From NCBI RefSeq assembly GCF_036321535.1, contig NC_087450.1, positions 48,050,001 to 48,114,000 on the forward strand: a DNA stretch of 64,000 nt. The letters run 5' to 3'. Shown here piece after piece: positions 50,376 through 61,341 of this stretch (positions are counted from its first letter, which is position 1; each line of letters opens with the position of its first letter). Both the position numbers and the translations under genes were made by a program. The notes under the pieces were generated by a model. That model worked only from the letters and a program-made list of their open reading frames with translations, made no database searches and was not told the DNA's origin. Source of the stretch: Camelus dromedarius (taxonomy: Eukaryota).

Positions 50376-52716
50376 GGGCAGTACTATACCAGGGAGTCCC
50401 TGACCTTTCTGGATTTCCTTACAGAGGCGCCCAGAAAGCAGTGAATGTGGTTGGGTGATGGCTGCAGCAGGATCAAGTTCTCCTAGTCTGCTCGCTTTCC
50501 TTCCCCCTAACCCTTCCTGACCCCACCCAGAGGGGCTTCTCTCCACCCAGAGGCCTAGAGCTCCATGCTGTGCAGAGCACATGGAGGCCCACGGGCAGTC
50601 TCCCACCTGGCTGGGCATCAACTCTGATTTGTCACATCCACCTGGATGTCCAGGCACCTCACTGGCACTCCTGCCCCGGCCCACCTGGCATTGAGGCCAA
50701 GGTCAAGATGGAAGAATGGACTCTACACGGGGATATAAGAGAAAGCAGATATACTGCTGCCCAAATCCCAGACTCCCTGATTGTCAGAGGAATCCTTGCC
50801 CGCTTTCCAGGTGATGACTTTCACATTAAAACAAACAAACAAAAAACTATCACGCACAGCACAGGCATTTGAGAGCTCATCGGATCTTGCTCTCATGGCC
50901 AGTGTGTATAATCCTGGGATTCTGGCCTGAAATCCTGAGTCAACCATTCCCGCAGTCCTTAGACCCACCTTTGTCCCCCTGGACAGTCTCTGCTCAGTGC
51001 TCACGTAATACAGCCTTCTTGTTTAGAAAGGCATCCATGTGGCCGGGTTCCCTGGACTCCAGGGCTGAGGAAATGGCCCCTGGCCCTCACTCCAGCTCGG
51101 GTTGCAGGCACATATGCACCAGCCTCCTCTCTCTACCCAGCTGGCATTTCCTCTTCTCCACAGACCTTAAGGCTGTGTTGTTTTAGGATCCAGTGGAAGA
51201 TGCTCAGGGCTACCAAACCTTCCTTGACCCCTCCAGCTGTCTGCTCTCCTTCTCTGAGATCCCTGTAGACCTTCCAGCCTGGCCCCATGTCTCCAGGCAG
51301 ACGTGAGTTCTGGTCTATGTCTGCCCATCCTGGCTGAGTCACTGCAGCACTGTCCCTCACACAGGCCTGTGTAACTAAAATGTTTTGGGGGGGGCGGGTA
51401 GGAGATGGGGACCATGTGTACATACACTGCCTGAGGTGCTGAGCATGGCTCTCCCCCAGGAAACCGTCGGAAGGAGTCAGGGAGAGAAAAGAGGAAGGAG
51501 AGAGACAAAAAGGGACAGCATTTGCCAGAGAGGCAAAACGATGGAGAGATTGTCAGGGATGAAAAGAGAGTGATTTACTTTAATCCTGTTTTCAAGTAAA
51601 TTTCAGTTGTCAAGAAAAACACCCAACCCGCCCCAAACATGTGAGGACTGGAGGGAGTCAGAAACTTCATACCAAGATAAACAGCACGGCCACGTAGAGG
51701 TGGCTATGACTGGACATTAAGTCATCCTAAAAGGGCTCATGGTTTTGTTTTGCTTTGTTTCCGGCCCTATGAGAACCTCGTGATTCTTATATGGTGGCAG
51801 AGCAAATAGAACTGTGACTTACGTTTCCTAGTTTACAGAGCTGATTTCATGGGCTTTCGACAGGAATATCTGACAATCACAGTTCTTCCTGACGCTGGAG
51901 TGTTTGGAGGGCAAATGTCCCATAAGCCACACTCTCTGGTTTGTTTTCAGGGCCCTCCAGGTAGGTGAGAAACTCTCATAGAAATGTAAATCGATGTGTG
52001 GGTGCTGTGGGTGCTGAAGTCTGAGCTCCCAGGTCCACATGCTGTAAATAACTTGCCCCTTGCAGTGGCCCCGCCATGGATGGAAGTCATTGGAAGAAGG
52101 GGAGATGCCAGAGAAATCGGCAAAGCAGAGTGAGCGCCTGCCTCATCTCCCTCCCTGGACTCCACGGGACAGCTCTGACAACTCCTGCTGGGCTGAACGC
52201 CACAGAGTCCTTGCTTCCTGGCCAGGTCCCTGCTGAAGGGTGGAGGTACTGCTGTCGCAAACTGGGTGCCCCCTGGGGGGAGTCCTTGCCCTCTGGATGA
52301 CAAGCTGGTGGCGGGGAGGGGAGAGGAACCTTGGCCAGTGCTCTCCCTCCAGATCCCTTTCCAAATGTAAGGAGTATGGGAAGAACGGAACAAGAAAACA
52401 GTTTGGCACTATCCTTGTTCTTAAATTCAGAGGTGGGAGCATGTGTGTTCATTTTACTGTCAGGCTATAAAACTTATCTAAATGTTGTGTGTATTATTTT
52501 GAATATGTCTTCTCATATCAAAAATTGTGAGTGGTATCCAGGGATGTCTAATCTCTCTGGATGCAAAATGAAATCTCTAAAATAGATCAGCCTGGCTCTG
52601 GGAACTGCTGCTATCAAACTGTCTTAGCAGGAAAGTCTCAGGTCTCTCTACAACCAAGCGTGGCCCTCACTTGCCCTCTGAGACCTGGCAGTGCTGCCCA
52701 GGCTGTGCGAAGGACA

Positions 52717-52772
52717 CAGGTGGCCAGGTGGCCAGGTGGAAAGGTAACTCACCTGAGGTCATGCCACAGGTG
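52717..52772. promoter_or_regulatory. Cluster of five CAGGTG/CACCTG E-boxes
   Basis: CAGGTG at 52717, 52725, 52733 and 52767; CACCTG at 52750. Confidence 0.45.
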
Positions 52773-52830
52773 AGTGGCTGCAGCTCGGGCTGAGGGAGAA
52801 GCGAGGCCAGCCGATGTGGCAGCAGCTCCA

Positions 52831-52986
52831 NNNNNNNNNNNNNNNNNNNNNNNNNNNNNNNNNNNNNNNNNNNNNNNNNNNNNNNNNNNNNNNNNNNNNN
52901 NNNNNNNNNNNNNNNNNNNNNNNNNNNNNNNNNNNNNNNNNNNNNNNNNNNNNNNNNNNNNNNNNNNNNNNNNNNNNNNNNNNNNN
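52831..52986. other. N-run, 156 nt
   Basis: Counted directly. Confidence 0.95.
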
Positions 52987-53454
52987 TGCGGCGGGATTAG
53001 ATCCTCCCAGCGCCAAAGAGGCAGGCGCCCACAGCCAGGACCAGAGCCCGTTCCTGGGCGCCACACCCAGAGCCTAGCTCTGACAGCACTTGAGGAGGGC
53101 CAGTCCCCTTGCAAGGGGTGTGAGCACAGAGGGGATACCATGGTGCAGGACAGCCCTCCAGAGCTCCTCTGTGATGTCCGGGAGAGAAGCTGGGACCAAT
53201 GGGCAGCAGGAGAGAGAATGTCCCTGGTCCCAGTGGGTGCAGCAGAGTTGACCATTATACTCACTGCCACTAAGAAGATTATGAGCATCCTAAAGGCTGA
53301 AGTGGGATGATGCTCAGGAAACACATGGAAACCAGGAGGAAGCCCAGACATCAGAAGACACAGCTTCAAACCCCTGTGGAGCAGTATTATTGTGTACCCC
53401 AGGCCAAGTGGTGCAATGATCTGGACACAGCTCACCGACGAGCATGGTAAAGGG

Positions 53455-53640
53455 GTGTGGGGAGGGGAAACTAAGAGGTACAAACTATCAGGTATACAAT
53501 AAGCTACAAGGATATACTGTATATACGGGGGATATAGCTAATATTTTATAATAACTATAACCTTTAAAATTGTCTCACTACATTGTATACCTGTAACTTA
53601 TGTAACATTACTTTACATCAACTATACTTCGATTAAAAAG
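53455..53640 (+). mobile_element. 5'-truncated L1 3' end, same type as 32572-32952
   Basis: taagaggtacaaactatcagg...taagctacaaggatatactg...aatattttataataactataacc...catcaactatacttcgattaaaaag. Confidence 0.85.
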
Positions 53641-53858
53641 AAGCGTGGTGAGGGGGTGATGGGGGGGCACCCTGTGACCTCCCAGCCACCTCCTAGAATG
53701 CCACTACAGGGATGCATCCAGCAACTCCTCACATCTTGGTACAGTGGGTTTTCCTTCAAAGAGAATTGAGGCAGCAACTAAAACCCTAGACACTTGGGGC
53801 TGGGGGTAAGCAGAGAAGGAGAGGTCAACCCAACAAGATGAAATGAGGACTTCAAAAC

Positions 53859-54266
53859 TGCTGTGGACTGAATTGTGTCCCTCCCAAATTCACATGTTGA
53901 AGTCCTAACTCCCACTGTGACTGTATGTGGAAACAGGGGCTTTATGGAATTAAGGTTAAATGAGGTCATAAGGGTGGGGCCCTGATCCAATAGGTTTAGT
54001 GTCCTTATGCAAGGAGACCCCAGAGAAAGCTTGACTTCTCTCCCTCTCTCTTCCCTCTTCCCTCTTCTCTCTCTCTCTCTCTGCCCAGTGAGGACACAGC
54101 AAGGAGATGGCTGTCCGTAAGCCAGGAAGAGAACCTCACCAGAACCTGACCCTGCTGACACTGTGATCTTGGACATCCAGCCTCTGGAACTGTGAGGAAC
54201 AGCTTCTGTTGTTGAAGTCACTCAGTCTGTGGTATTTTGTGATGACAGCCTGAGATGACTAGTACA
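53859..54266 (+). mobile_element. MLT1A/B-like MaLR solo LTR with an internal (CT)-rich expansion
   Basis: tgctgtggactgaattgtgtccctcccaaattcacatgttgaag...gatcttggacatccagcctctggaactgtgag...ctgtggtattttgt...gactagtaca. Confidence 0.85.
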
Positions 54267-54732
54267 CAAAGTAACTTCATACAAAGCAAGGCCGTATGAA
54301 CTGCAGGACAGACACCCTGGTGGCAATGGGGTGTGGACAGAAGACAGAAGGACCATGAGCAGAGGACAGAGGACCAAAAAGCAGAAGAGAAAAGTAGGTG
54401 ATGGGTCACCAGAATCCATTCTGGACTCGATGGGAGCTGAGGGAGGCTTTAGAGGTCCTCAGCTTCAGAGTCATGGTGAGGGGTCACTCACAACATTTCC
54501 AGCCTTCAGTCCCTCCAGTCCTAAATCTTGGAAGTGTGCCCCATGACAAAGCACATGTCTTTACAGCAGCATGGATTGGTTTTGCTTCAATGTGGACTGC
54601 ACGGAGCTGCAGAAGACGCTTGGGTCGGTGGTGTGCCTGGTCCTGAGAAACTTCTTGCTATGATCGCAGGAAAGCAGCTCTGGAGGAGCTGCCGGTACGG
54701 ATGCTCCCCAACGTCCTTCCCGCCTCTCCCAG

Positions 54733-55147
54733 CAACCCCAAACCCTCACTTCGGTGTTGCTATTNNNNNNNNNNNNNNNNNNNNNNNNNNNNNNNNNNNN
54801 NNNNNNNNNNNNNNNNNNNNNNNNNNNNNNNNNNNNNNNNNNNNNNNNNNNNNNNNNNNNNNNNNNNNNNNNNNNNNNNNNNNNNNNNNNNNNNNNNNNN
54901 NNNNNNNNNNNNNNNNNNNNNNNNNNNNNNNNNNNNNNNNNNNNNNNNNNNNNNNNNNNNNNNNNNNNNNNNNNNNNNNNNNNNNNNNNNNNNNNNNNNN
55001 NNNNNNNNNNNNNNNNNNNNNNNNNNNNNNNNNNNNNNNNNNNNNNNNNNNNNNNNNNNNNNNNNNNNNNNNNNNNNNNNNNNNNNNNNNNNNNNNNNNN
55101 NNNNNNNNNNNNNNNNNNNNNNNNNNNNNNNNNNNNNNNNNNNNTAG
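54733..55147 (+). other. Candidate exon or conserved element, mostly hidden by the 380-nt N-run 54765-55144
   Basis: Acceptor-like tccttcccgcctctcccag before the run; TAG|GTAAGT 3 nt after it. Confidence 0.3.
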
Positions 55148-55552
55148 GTAAGTGCGGCTGGAATTTTGAGCAGTTTAAAAGTCTACATTGTACAAATAAT
55201 TATCTCGAATATTATTCAGCCCCATTTCAATTTGTACTTTCACTTTGCCATCCATCCATCCTAAAGATTTGGTCCAAATGTGTTTTTCCATTTTTCTCAC
55301 TGAAAACAGTCTCCTGTCCCTACGGAGAAAACCAGGAAACACGCTTCTAATGAGCACACGTCTCAGACACACACGCGCGTGCAAACACACACGCACAGAT
55401 GCCACGCACACCAATTTAGCATATCTACTCATACAAATATGAATAGAGTCATATTTAATCAAAGATTTAAAAAAAACTCTTTTTTTTTGATGGCGGCAAA
55501 ACCTGTTTTTAGAAGAAATAAATGTATTCACTGCCTTATGAAACAGCTTGAG

Positions 55553-55684
55553 NNNNNNNNNNNNNNNNNNNNNNNNNNNNNNNNNNNNNNNNNNNNNNNN
55601 NNNNNNNNNNNNNNNNNNNNNNNNNNNNNNNNNNNNNNNNNNNNNNNNNNNNNNNNNNNNNNNNNNNNNNNNNNNNNNNNNNNN
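55553..55684. other. N-run, 132 nt
   Basis: Counted directly. Confidence 0.95.
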
Positions 55685-56008
55685 TTTTTTTAAAGAATGA
55701 AAATATGTGTAAGCATCTCATCCTCATTAGATAAAGCTGCTATTGGGGGTGCATGAAAATCGTGGCTCGCACAAATCCCTTGCAAACAGCAAGCAATGAA
55801 AGAAAAGGCGAGGGGGCCTCCAGGGAACTGAGTGGAAAGGGCAGCGCTATTTGCAAGAACAGGTTGGAGCAAACACTCAGCTGGCCAGGAGTGTGCACTG
55901 TTTCACCTTACGTCATTCCTGCGAGGTAGGCAGGGCAGAGATGATGACACAGATGGGAGTTTAGAGCAGGACAGGACCTCAGAAGTCATCTCTTCCCACT
56001 GCCCATTG

Positions 56009-56503
56009 CAGGAATACCTTGGAGATATTTTGGGTTTGGTTCCAGACCACAGCCATAAAGTAAATATCTCAATAAAGTGAGTCACACAGGTTTTTTGGTT
56101 TCCCAGTGAGTATAAAATTATGTTTATGCTATACTGTAGTCTGTTAAATGTGCAATAGCATTACGTCTGAAACAGCAAGGTGCAGACCTGAGTTGCAGAA
56201 TCCTTTATGGTTAAAAAATGCTAACCATCATCTGAGCCTCCGGTGAGTCGTAATCTTTTTGCAACAGGCACATCAAAGATCACTGACGACAGATCACCAT
56301 GACAGATATAATGATAATGATAAAGGTTGAAACATGGAGAGAATGACCCAAATGTGACACAGAGACACGAAGTGAGCAAATGGGGTTGGAAAATGGTGCC
56401 GATAGACTTGTTTGACACAGGATTGCCACAAACCTTCGATTTGTAAAAAATGCCGTATCTGTGAAGTGCAGCAGAGCACAGCACAATAACACGAGGTCTG
56501 CTG
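56009..56503 (-). mobile_element. Internally deleted Tigger1 (Tigger1a-type) TcMar element
   Basis: Both Tigger1 ends present (caggaataccttggagatatt...ttccagaccac and ttgccacaaaccttcgatttgtaaaaaa...cgaggtctgctg), joined near 56250; no transposase. Confidence 0.9.
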
Positions 56504-56849
56504 GGACACCTTCCAGTATGTCCGTTGTCGCAGGGCAACCAAGGGATGAACGTGCCCCGCCCAAGATGGCACAGCCACCATGGAGAGAGGCACAACCTGA
56601 ATTCTGGCTTTTGGGCTCAGAGTCCAGTGCTTTTTCTACTGGGCTGCATGGAAATTAAACTATACCCGTCAGACACTTGACGCCTGGATGGTCCTCGAGC
56701 CCGTGGTGGGCAGTGGGGCAACATGGTACACGAGACACCTCTCTTGTCTCTGAGCAGCTGAGAGCCCTGAGTGGGAGACAAGGGGACCGTGAACACACTG
56801 CAAGGAGGCGGCCCGTGCGGAGGAAGGGGCACTGCTGTATGTGAGAAAG

Positions 56850-56985
56850 ACTGGCTCACACCTCAGCTCTGTTGCTTCCTCACTCTGTGACCTTGAGCAC
56901 GTTACCTAATATGTTTGAGCCTCAATGGACTCATCTGCAAAAATGGCAATAATTCCTACATGGCAGGATTACTGCAAGGTACTCA
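56850..56985 (+). mobile_element. MIR SINE
   Basis: ctgtgaccttgagcacgttacctaa...gagcctcaatggactcatctgcaaaaatggcaataa. Confidence 0.75.
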
Positions 56986-57589
56986 AAAGAAGCCATTCTA
57001 GGACCCCAGAGAACCCACCCACCCACACCAGCTCATGTGAATGGGAGGACTCTTGGGAGACTATGGTGGGGTTTCAGGGGGATCCAGCAGAAACAGGAAG
57101 AGCTTCAGGGACCAGCCACAATGAGCTCTGTCTCTTGCTCAAGGTCCTGCTTCTCCTGGGCCATCATCTCCCCTTTCCTTCCCCCATGAAGTCAATGCCT
57201 TTGAGACTGGACCTCATCATGTACAGAACTCCTGTCTCGCATCTGTATTACCATTCGGCTAAAGTGCCCAGCCCCAAATGGAACTCTCTTAGTTAACATC
57301 CTATTAGTCTAGTTAACTTTTTAAAGTCAGGAGCAATCAGTCCCACATTGCTGGCCAGCCAGTGGAAGGGCACCCTTGAAGTCAGGAATCTGCCCCTGGT
57401 CTAGTTAAACTGAGGCTGGAGGGGTGGGGTCATTATCAGCAGCAGAGTTTGTGGGTGAGCACAGATGCTTCCAGAAGACAGCCTGGGCAAAGCAGGCAGC
57501 CCCAAACATGTCTGATACAGAAGGCCTTCAAAGGTTCATTTCCTTCCCTGCACTCGGGTATGAACAGCATGTTATGTGAAAATAAGGAG

Positions 57590-58400
57590 AGAGAGAATGG
57601 CTGATCCTGCCTTGGGAGGAAACCCAGGTGGGCAAGTCCAGAGAGGGTGATGGGAATGGCATTCCAAGTGGAGGAAGCAGCATGGAAAAGTCAGCATGGG
57701 ACAGAGTACCAGAGTGTAATCACAGATGCTGCCAGCACAGGGAACGTGGGCAGATGTCTGGATCTCATCCTACAGGGGCTGGGGAGACTGGCAGTGTGGT
57801 TGGCACCCTGTAGAGGTCACTCCGGAGGCCAGTGTGCAGGAACTAGAAGGGGACAAGGAGGGAGGGAGGGAAGGAGGGAGAAGACTGTGGCAGGAGACCA
57901 CGGTGGTCGTGCAGGTTAGAAGTGGCGAGGAGCTGCAGAACCAAGTCAAGAGCAGTGGGGACAGAGAGGAAGGATGGGTGCGGAGAGGGTAGGAGACAGA
58001 GCTGAGAGCCTGGGATGTAGGGGTGCCGGGTGACAGAGGAGAGGCCTAGGGGCATGCCCACACTTCTGACTTGGGGCCTGGGTGGATGGTGTGGCCATTC
58101 CCAGAGGTGGGGAGCACAGGAAGAGGAGTGGGCTGGAGGAAAGATGATGAAGCCTGTGAGGTCCTGTGGCACCCGAGGGACATCCTGGGGAGGGCAGGGG
58201 GACATGTACAGACCCTGGGGACAGGTCTGGGTGTTGCCAGTTTATAGCGGAGGGACAGGAGATCAATAGCACCTAGAGGGCTGGAAGATGGTGATAAGGC
58301 TTTCAAACCGCTTGGATGGGGATCAAGGAGGCAGCTACCTGAGCGAGAGGATCAGGAGTGGAGCTGATGGCCCGGCCGGGTGGAATGCTGGCATGAGTGG
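57590..58400 (-). mobile_element. L2 LINE fragment(s)
   Basis: ggcattccaagtggaggaagcagcatg...gactgtggcaggagaccacggtggtcgtgcagg...gagcagtggggacagagagg. Confidence 0.6.
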
Positions 58401-59039
58401 GAGCTACCAGCACCCTGATGTGACTGACATCCCCCAACCCCTCAAACATCGGCTCTTCTGGGAAGGGCCCTCAGCCACTTACGGCCCTGCCACCACTTTC
58501 CTGGAGGACCTGGGCCTCACCACATCTTCCTGGGCAGGAGTAGAGTCACTGGAGAAACTCCTTCTGAAAGCCCGAGCCCACACTTCCCTCTGCTAAAGGT
58601 CTGTCCATCAGGGCTCTGGGCTCAAGGGCAGCAGAGCCAGAGGCTGCCGTGGCTCACAAGCCCTGCCACCTGCAGAGGGGCTGGGAGCTCGCCCACAGAG
58701 GGTGGGGGCTCATAGTGGGTGCCGGGAGAGGGAGTGACTTTCTGGGTCATCAGGGGTCCTTGGCTCTGTTAGGAGCAGTGGGCTTCTACACAGTAGAGGT
58801 GAGTGCTGCTGGTCTCACCCACAGCCTCTTGACAAAAAAGGGCAGGGATTTTCACGTCAGAACCTACTGTGAAGGAAAGAGGGGTAGGGTGCCGCCTGTC
58901 TCCCTAGACTGGCACAGCTGAGAACCAGACTGGGCGCAGGCTGCCCTCTGCATCCTCCAGAGGCCCCCATGACCCGACTGCTGGCCTGGTGGGCTCTGGC
59001 CAGGAGCCCATGCATTTAACCAGCCCTGAGGAGGGGTGG

Positions 59040-59420
59040 GTGCATTAATATTGAACGACTCCCACTCTGTTTACTTTTACAAGACCCAACTTTCCATAAA
59101 TCCAAGTCAGAGTCAATCATCTTCTATGGAAGATATTAATGGCAATTCCATTATTCAAATCCAATCAATGCAGCTTTTTTTTTTTTTTCCTGTCCTGTTG
59201 TGTTGAGGCCAAGTAGTTTGGAGGGGGGCTTTGGACCAGGCAATGGGAAAAAAAAAGTCAAATGATCTTGCTTACGTCTCGGTATTGCAGTTGAATAACT
59301 GCTTAGGAAAAAGGGATTCGGTCTTTCTCCATTTACCCGACAGATTGGGAAGGTTTTAATTCCGTTGGCCTAGGAAAAATAAAAATTCGTCTCTTGCATT
59401 CACTGCATCCTGCCTGAGTG
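59040..59420. promoter_or_regulatory. AT-rich enhancer-like block
   Basis: GTCAATCA at 59112-59119, CCAATCAAT at 59161-59169, multiple TAAT/ATTA; not repeat-derived. Confidence 0.35.
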
Positions 59421-61046
59421 CTGTCAGGGACACTCAGTGCTATGGCTTTTTGAACTCAGAACTTAGCTATGATCTACTGCTTTCCAATCAAATTTTAAAT
59501 TTTTATTTATTTATTTTTACTATGAACCCAACTCTTCCAGGAACTGGCTTCAATAGCCTACAAATTAGCTAAAACAAGTGGGGGTTATTTGTTCCCAGAA
59601 GTAAAAAGGCACAAAAAAGAGACAGAAACCTAGAGGTCTAGGAGATCAAGAGGCCAACAGCCCCCCTCCCCCACCCCCGAATATCTGTGCCCGGATTCAT
59701 GCCCTTGCCCAGGGGGGCTTCCCCCAACATGTATGCTCACTAAAAAGGGAAGGACCCTGTGAGGACGTGGAACTCCTGATACACCACCAGCTGAGGCAGG
59801 CTGGAAAAAATCTGCTCAAGCTCCAGAGTAAAGAGGAATATAACTAAGAGAACTATGTTTTCAAACCCAAACCAGGGACCTGGAGGAAAGGGAATCCTTC
59901 TGGTATCTGCCTGAAAGCCTGTCCTTTTCGTCCTGGCTGACCCCTCCCTCCCTTGGGATTCAAGGTGGGTGGGTGGGTGTCACTCCCTTCTGGAAGCTCC
60001 CCCAGCTCCTGGCCAGATTCCATGCTTGCCCTTTGCACCGTGTGGGGCTGATCCACTCACACGCCCATCTCCCCTGGCTTCTCCCCCGGCTTACTCAGCA
60101 TCCTCAGGGGCTACCTCAGCGTTGTGCACGGGGCGGGGGAGGGGTGCCTCTGCCACCACCAAGGCTCCCCCGGGATGGAGAATGGTCTCCTGCCTCAATG
60201 TGCAAGCTGTTCTCTCTGAGACTTCAGAGAAGGATTCAACAGAGCCGGTTTCTGAGAACGCTTCCACGTGGCAGGAGGTACAAAGGACTTCTGACTCACC
60301 CTGCTTTAGGAGGCTGCTGGGGACCAGCTCTTCTCCATTTCCACTCAAAACAAAACAAGGGAAAATGGGCTTAAATTTCAGCAAGGGAGATTTAGGTCAG
60401 ATAGAAGAAAAGCCTACAGTAGGAGCCACCGGAACGGGGACTCTGGGAGCTGATGGAATTTCCTTCCCTGGAGATCTGTGGAAGCAGGTTCCCGCGTCAG
60501 GGCTGATCATCGCTGGGGCTCCCTGGAGCAGGGGGAGAAGGACCAGAGCAGACCCAGCAGGTGTCCGCTCCTCCTCTGCGGCACATCGCTCAGCAGCCCC
60601 ACAGCACCCCCTCACCGAGAGCAGGAGGACAGATTACACGTGAGCACACGCGTAATAGAGCAGCGTTCCTCAGGGGCTGTCAGAAGGTTGTATGTGCTGT
60701 CACAGCCCACGGAAAAGCCACGCTCTCTGCCTTGTGACAAAAGCCGATTTCTCTCACTCCTTTGACTGCCGGGGCTGAGAATGCCCCCTCCTTAAATGAT
60801 AGTTTTGTTTTCTGTCAGTCTGTCTGCAATGGCACAGAAAGTCTCATCCCGATGGGTTGGAAGAGCCAGCCTGGAAGAGAGAGCTTCCTGCGGGGTCTCA
60901 GACTGAAGCTGCTGGAGCGGGAGAAAGTACCAGCCCCATGGAACAAGGGGATGTGCCCCTCCTTTTGGGATAAGCAAGACGTAGATGTCTCACATTAGTC
61001 ACTGGCATCCCCATCCAACAGGAGGCAAGGTCAAAGGCACTGCCAA

Positions 61047-61341
61047 TACAAATTGTATTTACAAACCCAAAACAGACTCAGGGACATAGAAAACAAACTA
61101 TGGTTACCCAAGGGGAAAGGGCGAGGGAGGGATAAATCAGGAGTTTGGGATTAACAGATATGTGTACACATGGACCTACTGTATAGAGCAGGGAACTATA
61201 TTCAATTTCTTACAATAACATATAATGGAAAGTTCTGAAAAGACATCTATGCATGCATATGTATAACTGAATCGCTTTACTGTACACCTGAAATTAACAT
61301 TGTAAATCAACTACACTTCAATAAAAAATAAAATTAAAAAA
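61047..61341 (+). mobile_element. Artiodactyl-type L1 3' UTR, 5'-truncated, with TSD
   Basis: aaacagactcagggacatagaaaacaaactatggttacc...gtttgggattaacagata...gtaaatcaactacacttcaataaaaaat; TSD aaaggcactgccaa (61033-61046) / aaaggcattgccaa (61342-61355). Confidence 0.9.

Noticed and set aside
59969-60643. 224-aa plus-strand ORF
   Set aside because: No homology I recognise; low-information Pro/Ser/Gly-rich frame with competing ORFs.
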